Shown here: one piece after another, positions 23,010 through 34,664 of the stretch
Numbering within the stretch: the stretch's first letter is position 1
Layout of the letters: each line of letters begins with the position of its first letter
From: Octopus bimaculoides
Taxonomy: Eukaryota
Assembly (NCBI RefSeq): GCF_001194135.2
Contig: NC_068982.1
Coordinates: 81,964,728 to 82,005,529 of the forward strand
DNA: 40,802 bases
Direction: 5' to 3'
The notes under the pieces: generated by a model
What the model saw: only the letters and a program-made list of their open reading frames with translations
Databases searched by the model: none
What the model was told of the DNA's origin: nothing
Translations under genes and position numbers: made by a program

Positions 23010-23155
23010 CTCCATTTATTTTTTCTTATTTCTTTCAGTTGAAGAGCGTAGGCTCGAAACGTACAAGACTTTTTCATTCTTCCCGAGCGTCAAACTTATA
23101 CACTTGCTTGTTGTTCATACACCTGTACTCGTCTTTTGTTTTTCTATAAATTTCA
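23010..23155 (+). mobile_element. Penelope-like pseudo-LTR fragment, same family as 12335-12525
   Basis: gaagagcgtaggctcgaaacgt...tcccgagcgtcaaact...cacctgt...cgtcttttgtt shared. Confidence 0.6.
23032..23067 (+). ncRNA. Decayed minimal type I hammerhead ribozyme
   Basis: Helix I CTTT/CAAG (one mismatch), core CAGTTGA, helix II GAGC[GTAG]GCTC, GAAAC-GT-A. Confidence 0.55.
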
Positions 23156-23636
23156 ACTATATGTATATATATCTGTCTGTCTTTGGTGTATGTATGCACG
23201 CATGTCTATCCGTCTGTCTGTCTGTCTGTCTGTCTGTCAGTCTATTTGTATGTATGTATGGAAAATAATAGGGAAATGAAAAATAATAATAAGGCAGAAT
23301 GCTAAACTAAAAGCATATTTTAATATAGATTTCTAACCGGCTTTCATTGCATGGCAAATTTTCAAGACGAGGGAGAATGAAAATGTTTTTTACAAAAAAG
23401 TAAAAAATAATATATATAATATATATATACNNNNNNNNNNNNNNNNNNNNNNNNNNNNNNNNNNNNNNNNNNNNNNNNNNNNNNNNNNNNNNNNNNNNNN
23501 NNNNNNNNNNNNNNNNNNNNNNNNNNNNNNNNNNNNNNNNNNNNNNNNNNNNNNNNNNNNNNNNNNNNNNNNNNNNNNNNNNNNNNNNNNNNNNNNNNNN
23601 NTATATATATATATATATAAGCACACACACACACAG

Positions 23637-23667
<31 letters not shown>

Positions 23668-24033
23668 CATATATACATACATACATATGTATACACGCAC
23701 GCACATACATATTTATACATACCTATATCTATATATCTATACAGTGAGAAAAAAAAACGGCTGCGTTGTGTTCCAAATACCATTGGGAAAAGAGTCACAG
23801 ATAGACATTAAAGAAGTTACCGAGAAAAAAAGAAGCACACATGGAAGTGCACAAGTCCACTGATTCTTTCATTAGGTGTCAAGTAGAAAACATTACAATT
23901 TCGACACTTCGACAATAGTGTTCATTCCAGCAGTGATCGCAATATATTTGAGCTTTAACATCTGAAAATTGAACAAAGACAACAAAAATGAGTTTACAGG
24001 GTTCGTATTGGAAATATATAAAGTGAAACGAAC

Positions 24034-25650
24034 GGCTGTAGTAGGGACAAAGATTTTGGCAACCTGGGGCTATGTAGAAAAACAGGCATTGTTCAGCGCA
24101 TGGCTATGATAGAATTTGTTCAGGCAGGAACTAAAAGGAAATGTGGCTTTGTTCAGCGCAGGGTTTAAGTTCAGCCCAAACTTATAGAGAATGTGAGGCA
24201 TTGATCAATGAAAATCCATAGTAGAAGACAAGATTTGATGACTCAGACCTGTTGAACAAAATAACGATTTGAACAGCCACGCGCTACATTAGAAGACAAG
24301 GCTTTAGTAAGCATATGGCTGACAGGAAAGAAGTCTTCGGTCAGTCCTGGTCTCACAAGAGGCAAGTTTTGCGATCGGCTGATACTATGGTAAGAGGCAA
24401 GTTTTGATCAGGCCACGGCTTGCTAGGAGAAAGGAATTTGATCGGTTCGAGACTATAATGGAAAACAAGGTTTTGGTTAGACCAGAGCTCGCAGGAAACA
24501 AAGCTTTAAACACGCCCGTGCTGAAAGCAAGCGAAGTTTTGGTCACCTCGAGTTTAACAGGAAATTGACTAAGGTACAGTGTAAGTCTTTGGTCAAACAT
24601 GATAATTATTAAAGATATAACTTTGTTCACCTTGGATTTAAAAGTGCCAAATCATTGCTCTACCCAGCACCATAGTAGAAGACATTGGTTTGGTCAACGG
24701 GAGACTAATTTACAAGATCACGATTTCGTCGTTCTGGGGCTGTTAGAAAACAAGGTTTTGATCAACCTGAAGCTAACAGCAAACAAAACTTTAGCTAGCG
24801 AAGGACCAACGGGAAGCAAGGCTTTGGTAAGTCTACGGCTGTAGTAGAGACTAATGTTTGGTAAACCTGGGACTATATAAAAGGAAATGTTTTCTTTAAC
24901 TCGAAACAAAAGTAGAATTTATATATTCAGGCCAAAGAATAAAAGAAGAAAAGTCTTAGTCAACTCGGGGCAGACAGGCATAAAGTATTTTATGAGCCCG
25001 TCTTTGGTCAGTTCGTGGCTATAGTAGGGAAAAAAACTTTTGGCAGTCTCGGAATATGTAAGAGAAAAAACATTGAACAAACCCCCGGCTACTGTAGTAG
25101 ATAAGGCTTTGTTTAGGCTGTAGCTAAAGTAGTTGAAACAGATATGATCAATCCGGGGTTAACTAGAGAAAAACCTTTGCTCAACTCGGTGCTATAATTC
25201 AATACAAGACGGTGGTCAACCCATAGCTATATAGAACACAAAGCTTAGGTCAGCCGGAATTTATAGTAAAATACAAAGATTTTATGAATTAGAACTTATT
25301 AAAGCTATAATGGTTTTGACAGCCATGTGCTATATTAGAAAGTAAAGGTTTAGTAAGAGTGTGACTCACAGAAAACAAGACTTAGGCCAGGCCTGGTCTA
25401 GTAGGAGACAAGTTTTGGGGTCAATCGAGGTTACAATAATTCTTAAGGCTTTAGTCGGGACGGAGCTACGTAGAAAAGAAAGCCGAGGTTACTTTTTGAT
25501 CATCCCGAAGCTATAAAGACAAGGTCTTGGTCAGATCAGTGCTAACAGGAAACAAAGTTTTGAGCATTTCGGTGAGAAAAGAAAACAGTCAGCTCAGTTT
25601 TAACAGGAACAAAATCTCTATTCAGACTGGTGTTAAGTTACAAGACAACT
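24034..25650. repeat. Degenerate minisatellite, roughly 45-48 units of 33-35 bp (CAAGGCTTTGGTCAGCCCGGGGCTATAGTAGAAGA-like and CAAGGTTTTGGTCA..C.GAGCTAACAGGAAA-like)
   Basis: Recurrent CAAG/AxTTTGGTCA anchors; 33-bp spacing at 24466/24499/24532 and 24751/24784/24817. Confidence 0.85.
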
Positions 25651-26490
25651 GACAACAGAATGTCCTCCTATATATAGACATTTGTCCGGACCAGTGCCTT
25701 CTATATTAAATTACTAAAAAGGTTAGAAATTCTACAATAAAATTTTTTTTTAGACCTTGGTACATCATCAATCATGTTCCTAATCACTAATAACACAATG
25801 TCCTGTAAAATATTTTAATCTTGAAAATGTTTTTGTGTTTTTGTAAAATCTTCCAAAAATATCTGGTTTAGTTCATTTTTTTTTTTTTTTTTGCAAATCA
25901 GGTCTGTTAGTTCATACTGCCCTTAAGTGCTTATAGGCAAACGCCCCAGTTAAGCATCTCTGACCTTGAAGGACGGATATATCGGTTAATGTAGTCCGAG
26001 ATGGATGAGGCCTGAAAAAGAAAGACAGGAGTCTTAAGTCGTCTGCTCAGTCAGAGCTGAGGTAGTACAACATCAACAACAACAATAGCATCAGCAGCAG
26101 CAGCAACAATAGCAACGGCAGTACATCTATTTAATCACACGAACACCTTGTGTATATAAATACATACTATCAAGTATTTCCAGATTCACTCCCATACGTA
26201 TGTGGGTGTGTGCGTGCGTGCGCGCATGAGTTTACACGCGCGCGCGCGTCTAAATATATATGCATTCACACACACACANNNNNNNNNNTAAATATATATG
26301 CATTCACACACACACACATACACACACACACATACACACACACACATACACACATACACGCACATACACACACACACACATATATACTTACATACACATA
26401 ATCATGGTATGCGAATGTCTTGTGTGTATGTGCGCATATATGTGTGTGTATGTGAGTGTATATGTGTATGCGTGTGATTTTAAGTGTACA

Positions 26491-26718
26491 TTATAAACAT
26501 GATCACACATATATACGTATGCATGTATATATGAATGTATATATATATATATATATATATATNNNNNNNNNNNNNNNNNNNNNNNNNNNNNNNNNNNNNN
26601 NNNNNNNNNNNNNNNNNNNNNNNNNNNNNNNNNNNNNTATATATGTAAGTATATATATATATATATATATACATTCATATATACATGCATACGTATATAT
26701 GTGTGATCATGTTTATAA
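26491..26718. repeat. Perfect ~68-bp inverted repeat flanking a 75-N gap
   Basis: 26491-26560 is the reverse complement of ~26650-26718 (about 48 bp complex sequence plus (AT)n). Confidence 0.85.
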
Positions 26719-27189
26719 CATACATATATATACACGTGTATATATGTATATGTATATATATATAGATATGTATGTATGTATGTATGTATATATATATATA
26801 TATGCATTTATATACGAGCATATATATGCATATATATATGTATTTATATACGAGCATATATATACATACACATATATATATGCTTGTATGTATGTATGTA
26901 TGTATGTATGTATGTATGTATATGTGTATGATGTGCGTGTGAGTATAAACGTATGTCTACCTAATTGCCACTGTTTATATATAGATCGCAGTGTATGTAT
27001 AAACAGAGTTGCAGTTATATCGGAAACTGGTATACCCTGGCGGCCTTCGTCGACGTCAACGGAGCGTAATCACAGACCACCCGGGGTGTGAAATGGAATA
27101 AAACGGATGGAGAACGGGGTAGGGAAGGATCGGAGACAGCGAGGGAGCGATTTTACACGATGCGGAAGAATGACTCAGTCATGAAGGTG

Positions 27190-27758
27190 GTGGCGTTGGT
27201 GAGGTTGTAAAAAAAAAAAAGTGGTGGTGGCGGTGGTGGCGGTAGTGGTGATAGTGAGTGGTGGTGAGTGGTAGTGGTTAATGATGTGAGGGATAATATC
27301 GTATCTGGTGATGGTGTTAGTACTGTTGGTGGTGGTGGTTGATTTAGTGTAAGATGGTAGTGGAGTTGGGGTGGGTGGAAGTGGTGGTGGTGGTGGTAGT
27401 TGTGGTAGTGGCGATGAAAGTAATAGAAGGTAGTGGTAGGGATGGAGGTACTAATACTAGTAGTGGTGGTGGTGGTGGGAGTGGCAATGATCTAGCTTGA
27501 GTGATATAACGTCTGCCGATGATAGGCGCGTCGTGGTTGCGGCAGTAGTGGTGGTTTGTTGTATAAGGTGGTTGTAGCGGTGGTAGCGATAGACTCTGAT
27601 ACTGGATCTGCTGGTTGTGGTGGTGGTGTAACTCTCGGCTGGTTACGAGGTCACTGTAGCAGTGGCGGTAGTAGTCGTATTAATAGTAGAAATGGTAGTA
27701 GTACATGAGAGTAAGTATTGGTGGTAATTGCCCTCCGGTGCTTTTAGCCATACTATCG

Positions 27759-27809
<51 letters not shown>

Positions 27810-28035
27810 CGTGATGTGTAACCTTGTGGTGTTAATTTAGTGGTGGTGTGGGGTATAGTGATGGTGGTGGCGGTGGTGATTATAGTTTAGAATGGTAATA
27901 CGTTTGCTGATTGTGCTAGTATTGTGATAGTAGCGGTGGTGTTGGTGGTGTTGGTGGTGGTGGCGGTGGCGGTAGTGGAAGTTGTGGTGATTGTTAAAGG
28001 GATAGGAGGAGGAAGTTGTTAGTGGAAGGATGAGG
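27190..28035. repeat. (GGT)/(AGT)-rich low-complexity tract incl. pure (TAG)n at ~27760-27808
   Basis: Directly visible; similar tracts at 28500-28780 and 38580-39390. Confidence 0.85.
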
Positions 28036-28394
28036 TGGTGACTATATGTGTGCATACACATACATGTAAACATACATACAAATATAAATACAAATACACC
28101 CCCCCGTACACATACACATACATACATACANNNNNNNNNNNNNNNNNNNNNNNNNNNNNNNNNNNNNNNNNNNNNNNNNNNNNNNNNNNNNNNNNNNNNN
28201 NNNNNNNNNNNNNNNNNNNNNNNNNNNNNNNNNNNNNNNNNNNNNNNNNNNNNNNNNNNNNNNNNNNNNNNNNNNNNNNNNNNNNNNNNNNNNNNNNNNN
28301 NNNNNNNNNNNNNNNNNNNNNNNNNNNNNNNNNNNNNNNNNNNNNNNNNNNNNNNNNNNNNNNNNNNNNNNNNNNNNNNNNNNNNNNNNNNNNN

Positions 28395-28433
<39 letters not shown>

Positions 28434-28914
28434 GTATACATATACATACATACACATGTACATACATTCATACTATTGTATGTATATACTTATAAGTAAT
28501 GTATAGTGGTAGTAATCGTTATTATGTTAGTGGTCTGTGGCAATGGTGGTAGAGGTGGTGGTAATGATGGTGGTGATGGTGGTCATAGTAGTTAGTGGTG
28601 ATTGTGATCGTGTGGTCATGATTGTGGTAGCAGTGGCAGTGGCGGCGGGAGTCATGGTGGCGGTGATAGTAGTAGTATATGTGGAGGTAGTGATAGTGGC
28701 GGTGGCGGTAGTGGTAGTGGGGACGGTGGTGATGGTGATGATGATGGTGGTGGTGGTGGTGGCGATGGTAGTATTTGACAATTGTTTAGTATTTCTAACG
28801 GAAGCATCACTGGCGCAGGGAGATATGGGTAACGGCTTTTCTAGTGATGACAGAGATGATGGGCGGGGTAGTGGAGTTGACGGAGGTTGGCAGTAAAATG
28901 ACAGTCAAACTCCG

Positions 28915-29180
28915 GCACCACCACCACCACCAAAACCACCACCACCATCACCACCACCACCATCACCACCACCATCACCACTACCACCACCACNNNNNNN
29001 NNNNNNNNNNNNNNNNNNNNNNNNNNNNNNNNNNNNNNNNNNNNNNNNNNNNNNNNNNNNNNNNNNNNNNNNNNNNNNNNNNNNNNNNNNNNNNNNNNNN
29101 NNNNNNNNNNNNNNNNNNNNNNNNNNNNNACCACCAACACCACCACCACCACCACCACCACCAATACCATCTCCACCACC
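28915..29180. repeat. (CAC)n tract interrupted by a gap
   Basis: Directly visible. Confidence 0.9.
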
Positions 29181-29289
29181 ATATTTTACAAACTGTACAC
29201 ATGATGGAATTACCAATGCACTTCCAGTCTGGTTGCTTGGCAACATTGATGACTTGCTGCTTTCGATGATAAAATGTAAATATATTACA

Positions 29290-29470
29290 AGAATCAGTAG
29301 AGCATCGAATATAATACTTCGTGAGATTTAGTAGGACTGAGTTCGCTTCAAGCCGACGTTGACTTTTACTTTCATAGCTTTTGGTGTCAATAACTTTATC
29401 GACACCAAAATACTGCACTTTCATAATGTCTCTTACAATGTCTGGCCTTGTGCCAAAGTTAAAAATAGAT
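29290..29470 (+). mobile_element. Old diverged SINE S1 copy
   Basis: ctgagttcg...gccgacgttgactttt...ttatcgac...ggccttgtgccaaag. Confidence 0.5.
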
Positions 29471-29524
29471 ATCGGAACGACTACTACTACTGCTGCTGCT
29501 GTTATTATTGTTGTTGTTGTTGTT

Positions 29525-29745
29525 GTTGGCAACGAGATGGTAGAATCGTTATCGCATCGGACTAAATTTTAAGCGGCATTTCTTCTGGTACTTTCCGTTC
29601 TGAGTTAAAATTCCGCCAAGGCTTTTCATCCTTTCATAGTCGATAAAATAAAGACTACTTGAGCACTGGGATCGATGTAACTGACCAGCCCCCGGCCCCT
29701 CCACCAAATAAAATAAAATAAAAAATAATAATAAATTCAAGCCTT
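29525..29745 (+). mobile_element. SINE S1, near full length
   Basis: A-box-like tggtagaatcgtta, B-box-like gagttaaaattcc, gtcgataaaataa...gagcactggg..cgatgtaa. Confidence 0.8.
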
Positions 29746-29829
29746 GTGTTTATAGTAGAACGAATTGCTATCATTATTTATAATAGTGTTACCATTCCAA
29801 GGGTCGAAGAATCTGCAATCTTTCTGAAC

Positions 29830-30350
29830 AAATATTTAAACTACGGCTCAATACATTGAATAGTTCTCCCACCTATTTCGCACCCTCGTCCACTTCGGTC
29901 CAATCTGGGGTCCATACATCACCACCTATTAATCATATATGCCACAGCCCTAGCCTCTCTCTTCTATCCAGTCTATATGCTGCTATATTCAAAATTGTGT
30001 CCTAAAAGGTGGTATAGACCCAAATCTAAAACACCTCTTCCTACGATTCGTTTTTCTCATCTTCAGCATTAGGGTGCAATGGTCTCACAAATCAGCTTTA
30101 AGGCGCATTGGTTAATCACATCGACTCACTGGCAGACTGCGATCGATTGCCCAAACCTTAAATTCTTTCAGTTTGATCCGAGACAGTAGTTGTGTCAGAG
30201 ACACGAGATGCAGAGGGTCGTGAAACAACAACTGCAACTACATATGTCTACCAACATTGTCTTCCAGGAATCTCTGAAGGTGTATCGGCTTCAGAGTAGG
30301 CATGTTACATCATGAGCAGCGGTATTCCAAGACCCTACTCCTGGAGTAGC
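29830..30350 (+). mobile_element. Heavily decayed CR1/L2-like LINE RT fragment
   Basis: SVQSGV-/-HLLIIYATAL...LYAAIFKI in shifting frames resembles SGVPQGS.LGPLLF.IY.ND...LYADD.KI. Confidence 0.35.
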
Positions 30351-30398
30351 TGTTGGCAGTAGATGGGTTTCTTAACCAGCAAAACCTTTCTTTTTACA

Positions 30399-30399
<1 letters not shown>

Positions 30400-30476
<77 letters not shown>
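30400..30476. repeat. (GT)n microsatellite
   Basis: Directly visible. Confidence 0.97.
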
Positions 30477-30483
<7 letters not shown>

Positions 30484-30562
30484 TTGCGTGTGTGTTAAAT
30501 AAAATGAGACAACAAAGCCAGGACTGTATGGGATTTTCAGGACATTTATAAAGAGAAAGTTA

Positions 30563-30610
30563 GTCTTACAGCTGTTTCTGGGATATCAGGGATATCCCTT
30601 CATCGGAGAC
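30563..30610 (-). ncRNA. Minimal type I hammerhead ribozyme with a single U4C core change
   Basis: Minus: GTCT CCGATGA A GGGATATC[CCT]GATATCCC A GAAAC AGCT GTA AGAC; palindromic helix III ACAGCTGT; GUA triplet. Confidence 0.75.
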
Positions 30611-30889
30611 GATGTGAGATGATTAAATAGAGGGGAATATTAGAGTTCAGTATAAGGAGTATAACTCAGGAGTTATTTTGGAAAAGGAAGGACATAAGGA
30701 GTATATAAGGAAATAGGAGAATGAATGTAGAAATAAAAATAAAGATTAAAATATATAAAGATGTTATAGTTGCAGTTCCATTATCCAAGGAAAGTGGTGT
30801 GTAGAAGTGGTAGAAATGCTTCTTGTTCGTGGTATATAAATTCCAATAGGAGTTCATATTTTGCCATGATAAATGGAAAGTGTGGAGAC

Positions 30890-30890
<1 letters not shown>

Positions 30891-30968
<78 letters not shown>
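30891..30968. repeat. (TA)n microsatellite
   Basis: Directly visible. Confidence 0.97.
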
Positions 30969-30976
<8 letters not shown>

Positions 30977-31381
30977 CACACACACACATATACATATGCC
31001 CAGTCTGGTTAGATACTTCCGTCAACAAGACACCACGGTGAAACAGTTGTAGTGTGAGTGTTAGCCATTCCCGACATGATCATACTAAATGACTGTGCAT
31101 AAGTGAAGAAGCGGGGAACTAAGCAATTACATCGTCTTCGATGCTGAACTGAAAATATAATAAATATCAGAAAGAGTGGAAGGACACATAAATATTTTTA
31201 TGAAGAAATAGACATAGACACGTTCCAGAAAATGGTAATGCTGATGCCTGTAGATATTGGTTTTATTTTCTTAGACAAAAACAACGTTGAATAATTTATG
31301 AACGTTTCCAAGATGGACTTAATTCCTGTTTTACAAACGAAACACTGGACGTATTTTTTAAATCATCAAAAATAATAATAA

Positions 31382-31560
31382 TAATCCTTTCTATTAAAAG
31401 CACAAGGCCAGAAATTTTTGGGGAGCGAACTCAGTATTTCACTGGTATTTAATTTATCGGCCCCGAAAGGATGAAAGGCAAAGTCGACCTCGGCGGAATT
31501 TGAACTCAGACCGTAACGACGCCTGGCGTCCTAACGATTTTGCCAGCTTGTCGCCTTAAC
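31382..31560 (-). mobile_element. SINE S1 copy with internal deletion
   Basis: gcacaaggccagaaatttt...cggccccgaaaggatgaaaggcaaagtcgacctcggcggaatttgaactcag. Confidence 0.85.
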
Positions 31561-31627
31561 AACAGCAGCAGCAGCAACAACAACAACAACAACAACAACA
31601 ACAGAACAATAATGATAATAATGACAA

Positions 31628-31794
31628 TTTCAAATTTTGGCACACGGCCACCAAGTTCGGGGGAGGAGGCAAGTCGATTACAGCAGCCCCAGTACTCAAC
31701 TGGTACTAATTTTATCCACCCCTAAAGGCAAAGTCCACCTCAGTGGAATTTCAACTTAGAACGTAAAGACGGACGAAATACCAGCTCGCCACCT

Positions 31795-31795
<1 letters not shown>
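31628..31795 (-). mobile_element. SINE S1 copy
   Basis: tttggcacacggcc...gtcgattac...ccccagtactcaactggtact...ttagaacgtaaagacggacgaaatacc. Confidence 0.85.
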
Positions 31796-31835
<40 letters not shown>

Positions 31836-32186
31836 ACAGCAACAACAACAACAACAATAACAACAGCCACGACGATGATGACAAGAACAATTGTAGCAAC
31901 AGAACTTTGTATCAATACAAACAGCAAAGTATGATTTTTTTTTAATTACGAGAAGTAATTTGACAAAATATTCCTCCAAGAACTTCTAGAACAATTTTGA
32001 AAAAAATATTTCACAGACTTTGTAACGAGAGAAAGAGAGATAGGTAGATAAATAGAGAGAGGGGGTAGAGAGAGAGGGGGAGGTGAGAGAGAGAAAGAGA
32101 AGGAGAGTGAGAGCGAGAAAGAGAATGAGAGTGAGAGAGAGAAAGAGAGGCAAAGAATGGTTTTCGTAGATCTGTTGTAATTCGCA

Positions 32187-32268
32187 GCTGATTGGAGGAA
32201 ACAGATTGATACAAACAAACGGTGCACAATGGGAGTGGAAAATCACTGGAGACAGAGAGCGCCATCTA
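32187..32268. promoter_or_regulatory. Possible CCAAT box (GCTGATTGG) and CTCF/YY1-like motif (AGCGCCATCTA) in a unique segment
   Basis: Motif matches only; no transcript evidence. Confidence 0.2.
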
Positions 32269-32489
32269 TTTAGCAGTAAGTTTGATTATCTTCAGGATAT
32301 TTGCAAGGTCATGCAAACTGGGAATATGTATGTAACAGACAAAATGCTGTGAAAAAAGGGAAAAAGGTTTAGGAAAGCAAACTGCTGCCTGATCTGCATA
32401 TAAGAAAAAATTGTTAAGAAAAATACAAAATGAATGAATAAATAAATAACAACTAATATTAATAACGACAACGACGGCGACGATGGTGG

Positions 32490-32529
<40 letters not shown>

Positions 32530-32573
32530 AACAACAACAACAACAACAACAATAATAATAATANNNNNNNNNN

Positions 32574-32604
<31 letters not shown>

Positions 32605-33585
32605 TGATAATAATAATAGATGCATAAATGAAAGAAAATAAGGCTGTAATGATATTGAAAGAAAAAAAATGGCGATATTTATAACAAGTAAATCCTTTGA
32701 AATAAAGTTTGAACGACATGAAATATGCAAGTTGCTTGTGGGTATGAGAATTTTGTATCTTATCTAGATACATTATAAAATCAAAGTCTGTAAACCCTGC
32801 TGCGATATCGGAAGCAACCATCTGTGGTTGACCAAGTTAGGAACTGACGACGGGTGTAAAGGTCTACGATGTACGATGTCGGATTTAAAAGGCACCACGT
32901 AAAAACAATGAAAAAATTGGTAGCAAAACTTTTCCTGCAAGAACAGTAACAATAACAACCATGATGATGATGATGGGGATTATGATGAGGATGATGACGA
33001 CGACGATGATGATGATGATGATGATGATGATAGGTGGTAATGATCATGGAAGCGTATTGGTCTTGGGAGGGGGTGGGGCGATAACGGTAAATTCTGTTCA
33101 ACGCATCGTCATATTTCAGACCACCAATGGAGAAAGATTATAAAAATGTGTGAGCTGTTAGCCACATTGAAAAGTATATTGAAGCATGTATGTATAACGG
33201 TGAGTGTATGTATATATGTAGGTGTGTATGTAAATGTGTTTGATATACATAAACATTTGTACATATACATACCTATTTATACACAAAAGCAGTGCAGAAA
33301 TGGGCTGAAAGAAAAGAAAATGTAAAACCGGGAAATTCTCAATTATGATCATCGAAGAGATATGACACACGGTGGAGTACAGACGCACAGTCACGCTCAC
33401 AAACCATTACACATAGTCATGCAATAGATACATGCATACATACACACATACATACATAATACATACATACATACATGCACACATACATACATGCATACAC
33501 ACATAAATACATATATATAAATAATATATACATATATGCCCGCATACATGCATAAGTACATACGTATACACACACATATATAAAT

Positions 33586-33619
<34 letters not shown>

Positions 33620-34279
33620 GTATATATATGTATATATAATAGAGTTATTAATATTTCTAAGTCTCTCTAAAGGAGACTACGGCAACGGTACTGGAAATTA
33701 ATAGTTATCGCCAAGCCAACATGGCAGTCCCAAAATTAGGACGAAAGCTGCCGTGAATTAGCTCCAAGAAGCCATCGCCTCTAGCTAGCTATGTGACACA
33801 CGAAACCTGTGTCCTTTATAACCTTCGAACAGGGGAGGTCAGCAGTTTCCCCNNNNNNNNNNNNNNNNNNNNNNNNNNNNNNNNNNNNNNNNNNNNNNNN
33901 NNNNNNNNNNNNNNNNNNNNNNNNNNNNNNNNNNNNNNNNNNNNNNNNNNNNNNNNNNNNNNNNNNNNNNNNNNNNNNNNNNNNNNNNNNNNNNNNNNNN
34001 NNNNNNNNNNNNNNNNNNNNNNNNNNNNNNNNNNNNNNNNNNNNNNNNNNNNNNNNNNNNNNNNNNNNNNNNNNNNNNNNNNNNNNNNNNNNNNNNNNNN
34101 NNNNNNNNNNNNNNNNNNNNNNNNNNNNNNNNNNNNNNNNNNNNNNNNNNNNNNNNNNNNNNNNNNNNNNNNNNNNNNNNNNNNNNNNNNNNNNNNNNNN
34201 NNNNNNNNNNNNNNNNNNNNNNNNNNNNNNNNNNNNNNNNNNNNNNNNNNNNNNNNNNNNTACACACACATATATAAAT

Positions 34280-34330
<51 letters not shown>

Positions 34331-34664
34331 CATACATACATATGTACGTATATGTGTATTCATATCAATGTATTCACATAAAAATATGTGTCTGTGTGGG
34401 TGTCTATTTTTCTCTCTCCTTCCTTCTCTATTATATATATATATATTTAAACAACTTACAGTCATTGAAAATTAGGCATAGTAGGACTCAATATGTAATT
34501 AGTCGTTCATATCAACCCCGGTACATATTTCAGTCTGGGATTTATTTTATTGGTTGCCATTTGTAGAATTGTTAAACTAGTGCTTATTACATAAAGGGGC
34601 TCACATACATACATAACCGCGCGCACACATTCACATACATTCATATATTTATACATATATACTA

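Noticed and set aside
24385-24909. ORFs with ~11-aa periodicity inside the minisatellite
   Set aside because: Mixed 33/35-bp units and frequent stops; the periodicity comes from the DNA repeat.
24034-25650. CRISPR-like array interpretation of the 33-35 bp periodicity
   Set aside because: No invariant repeat alternating with unique spacers, no cas genes, eukaryotic context.
33715-33850. CATGGCAG-TCC...GGAC-GAAAG-CTGCCGTG hairpin resembling HDV-ribozyme P4/J4-2 or a hammerhead helix II
   Set aside because: No P1/P3 nested pseudoknot and no CUGANGA core could be built in this copy; probably part of a retroelement UTR.
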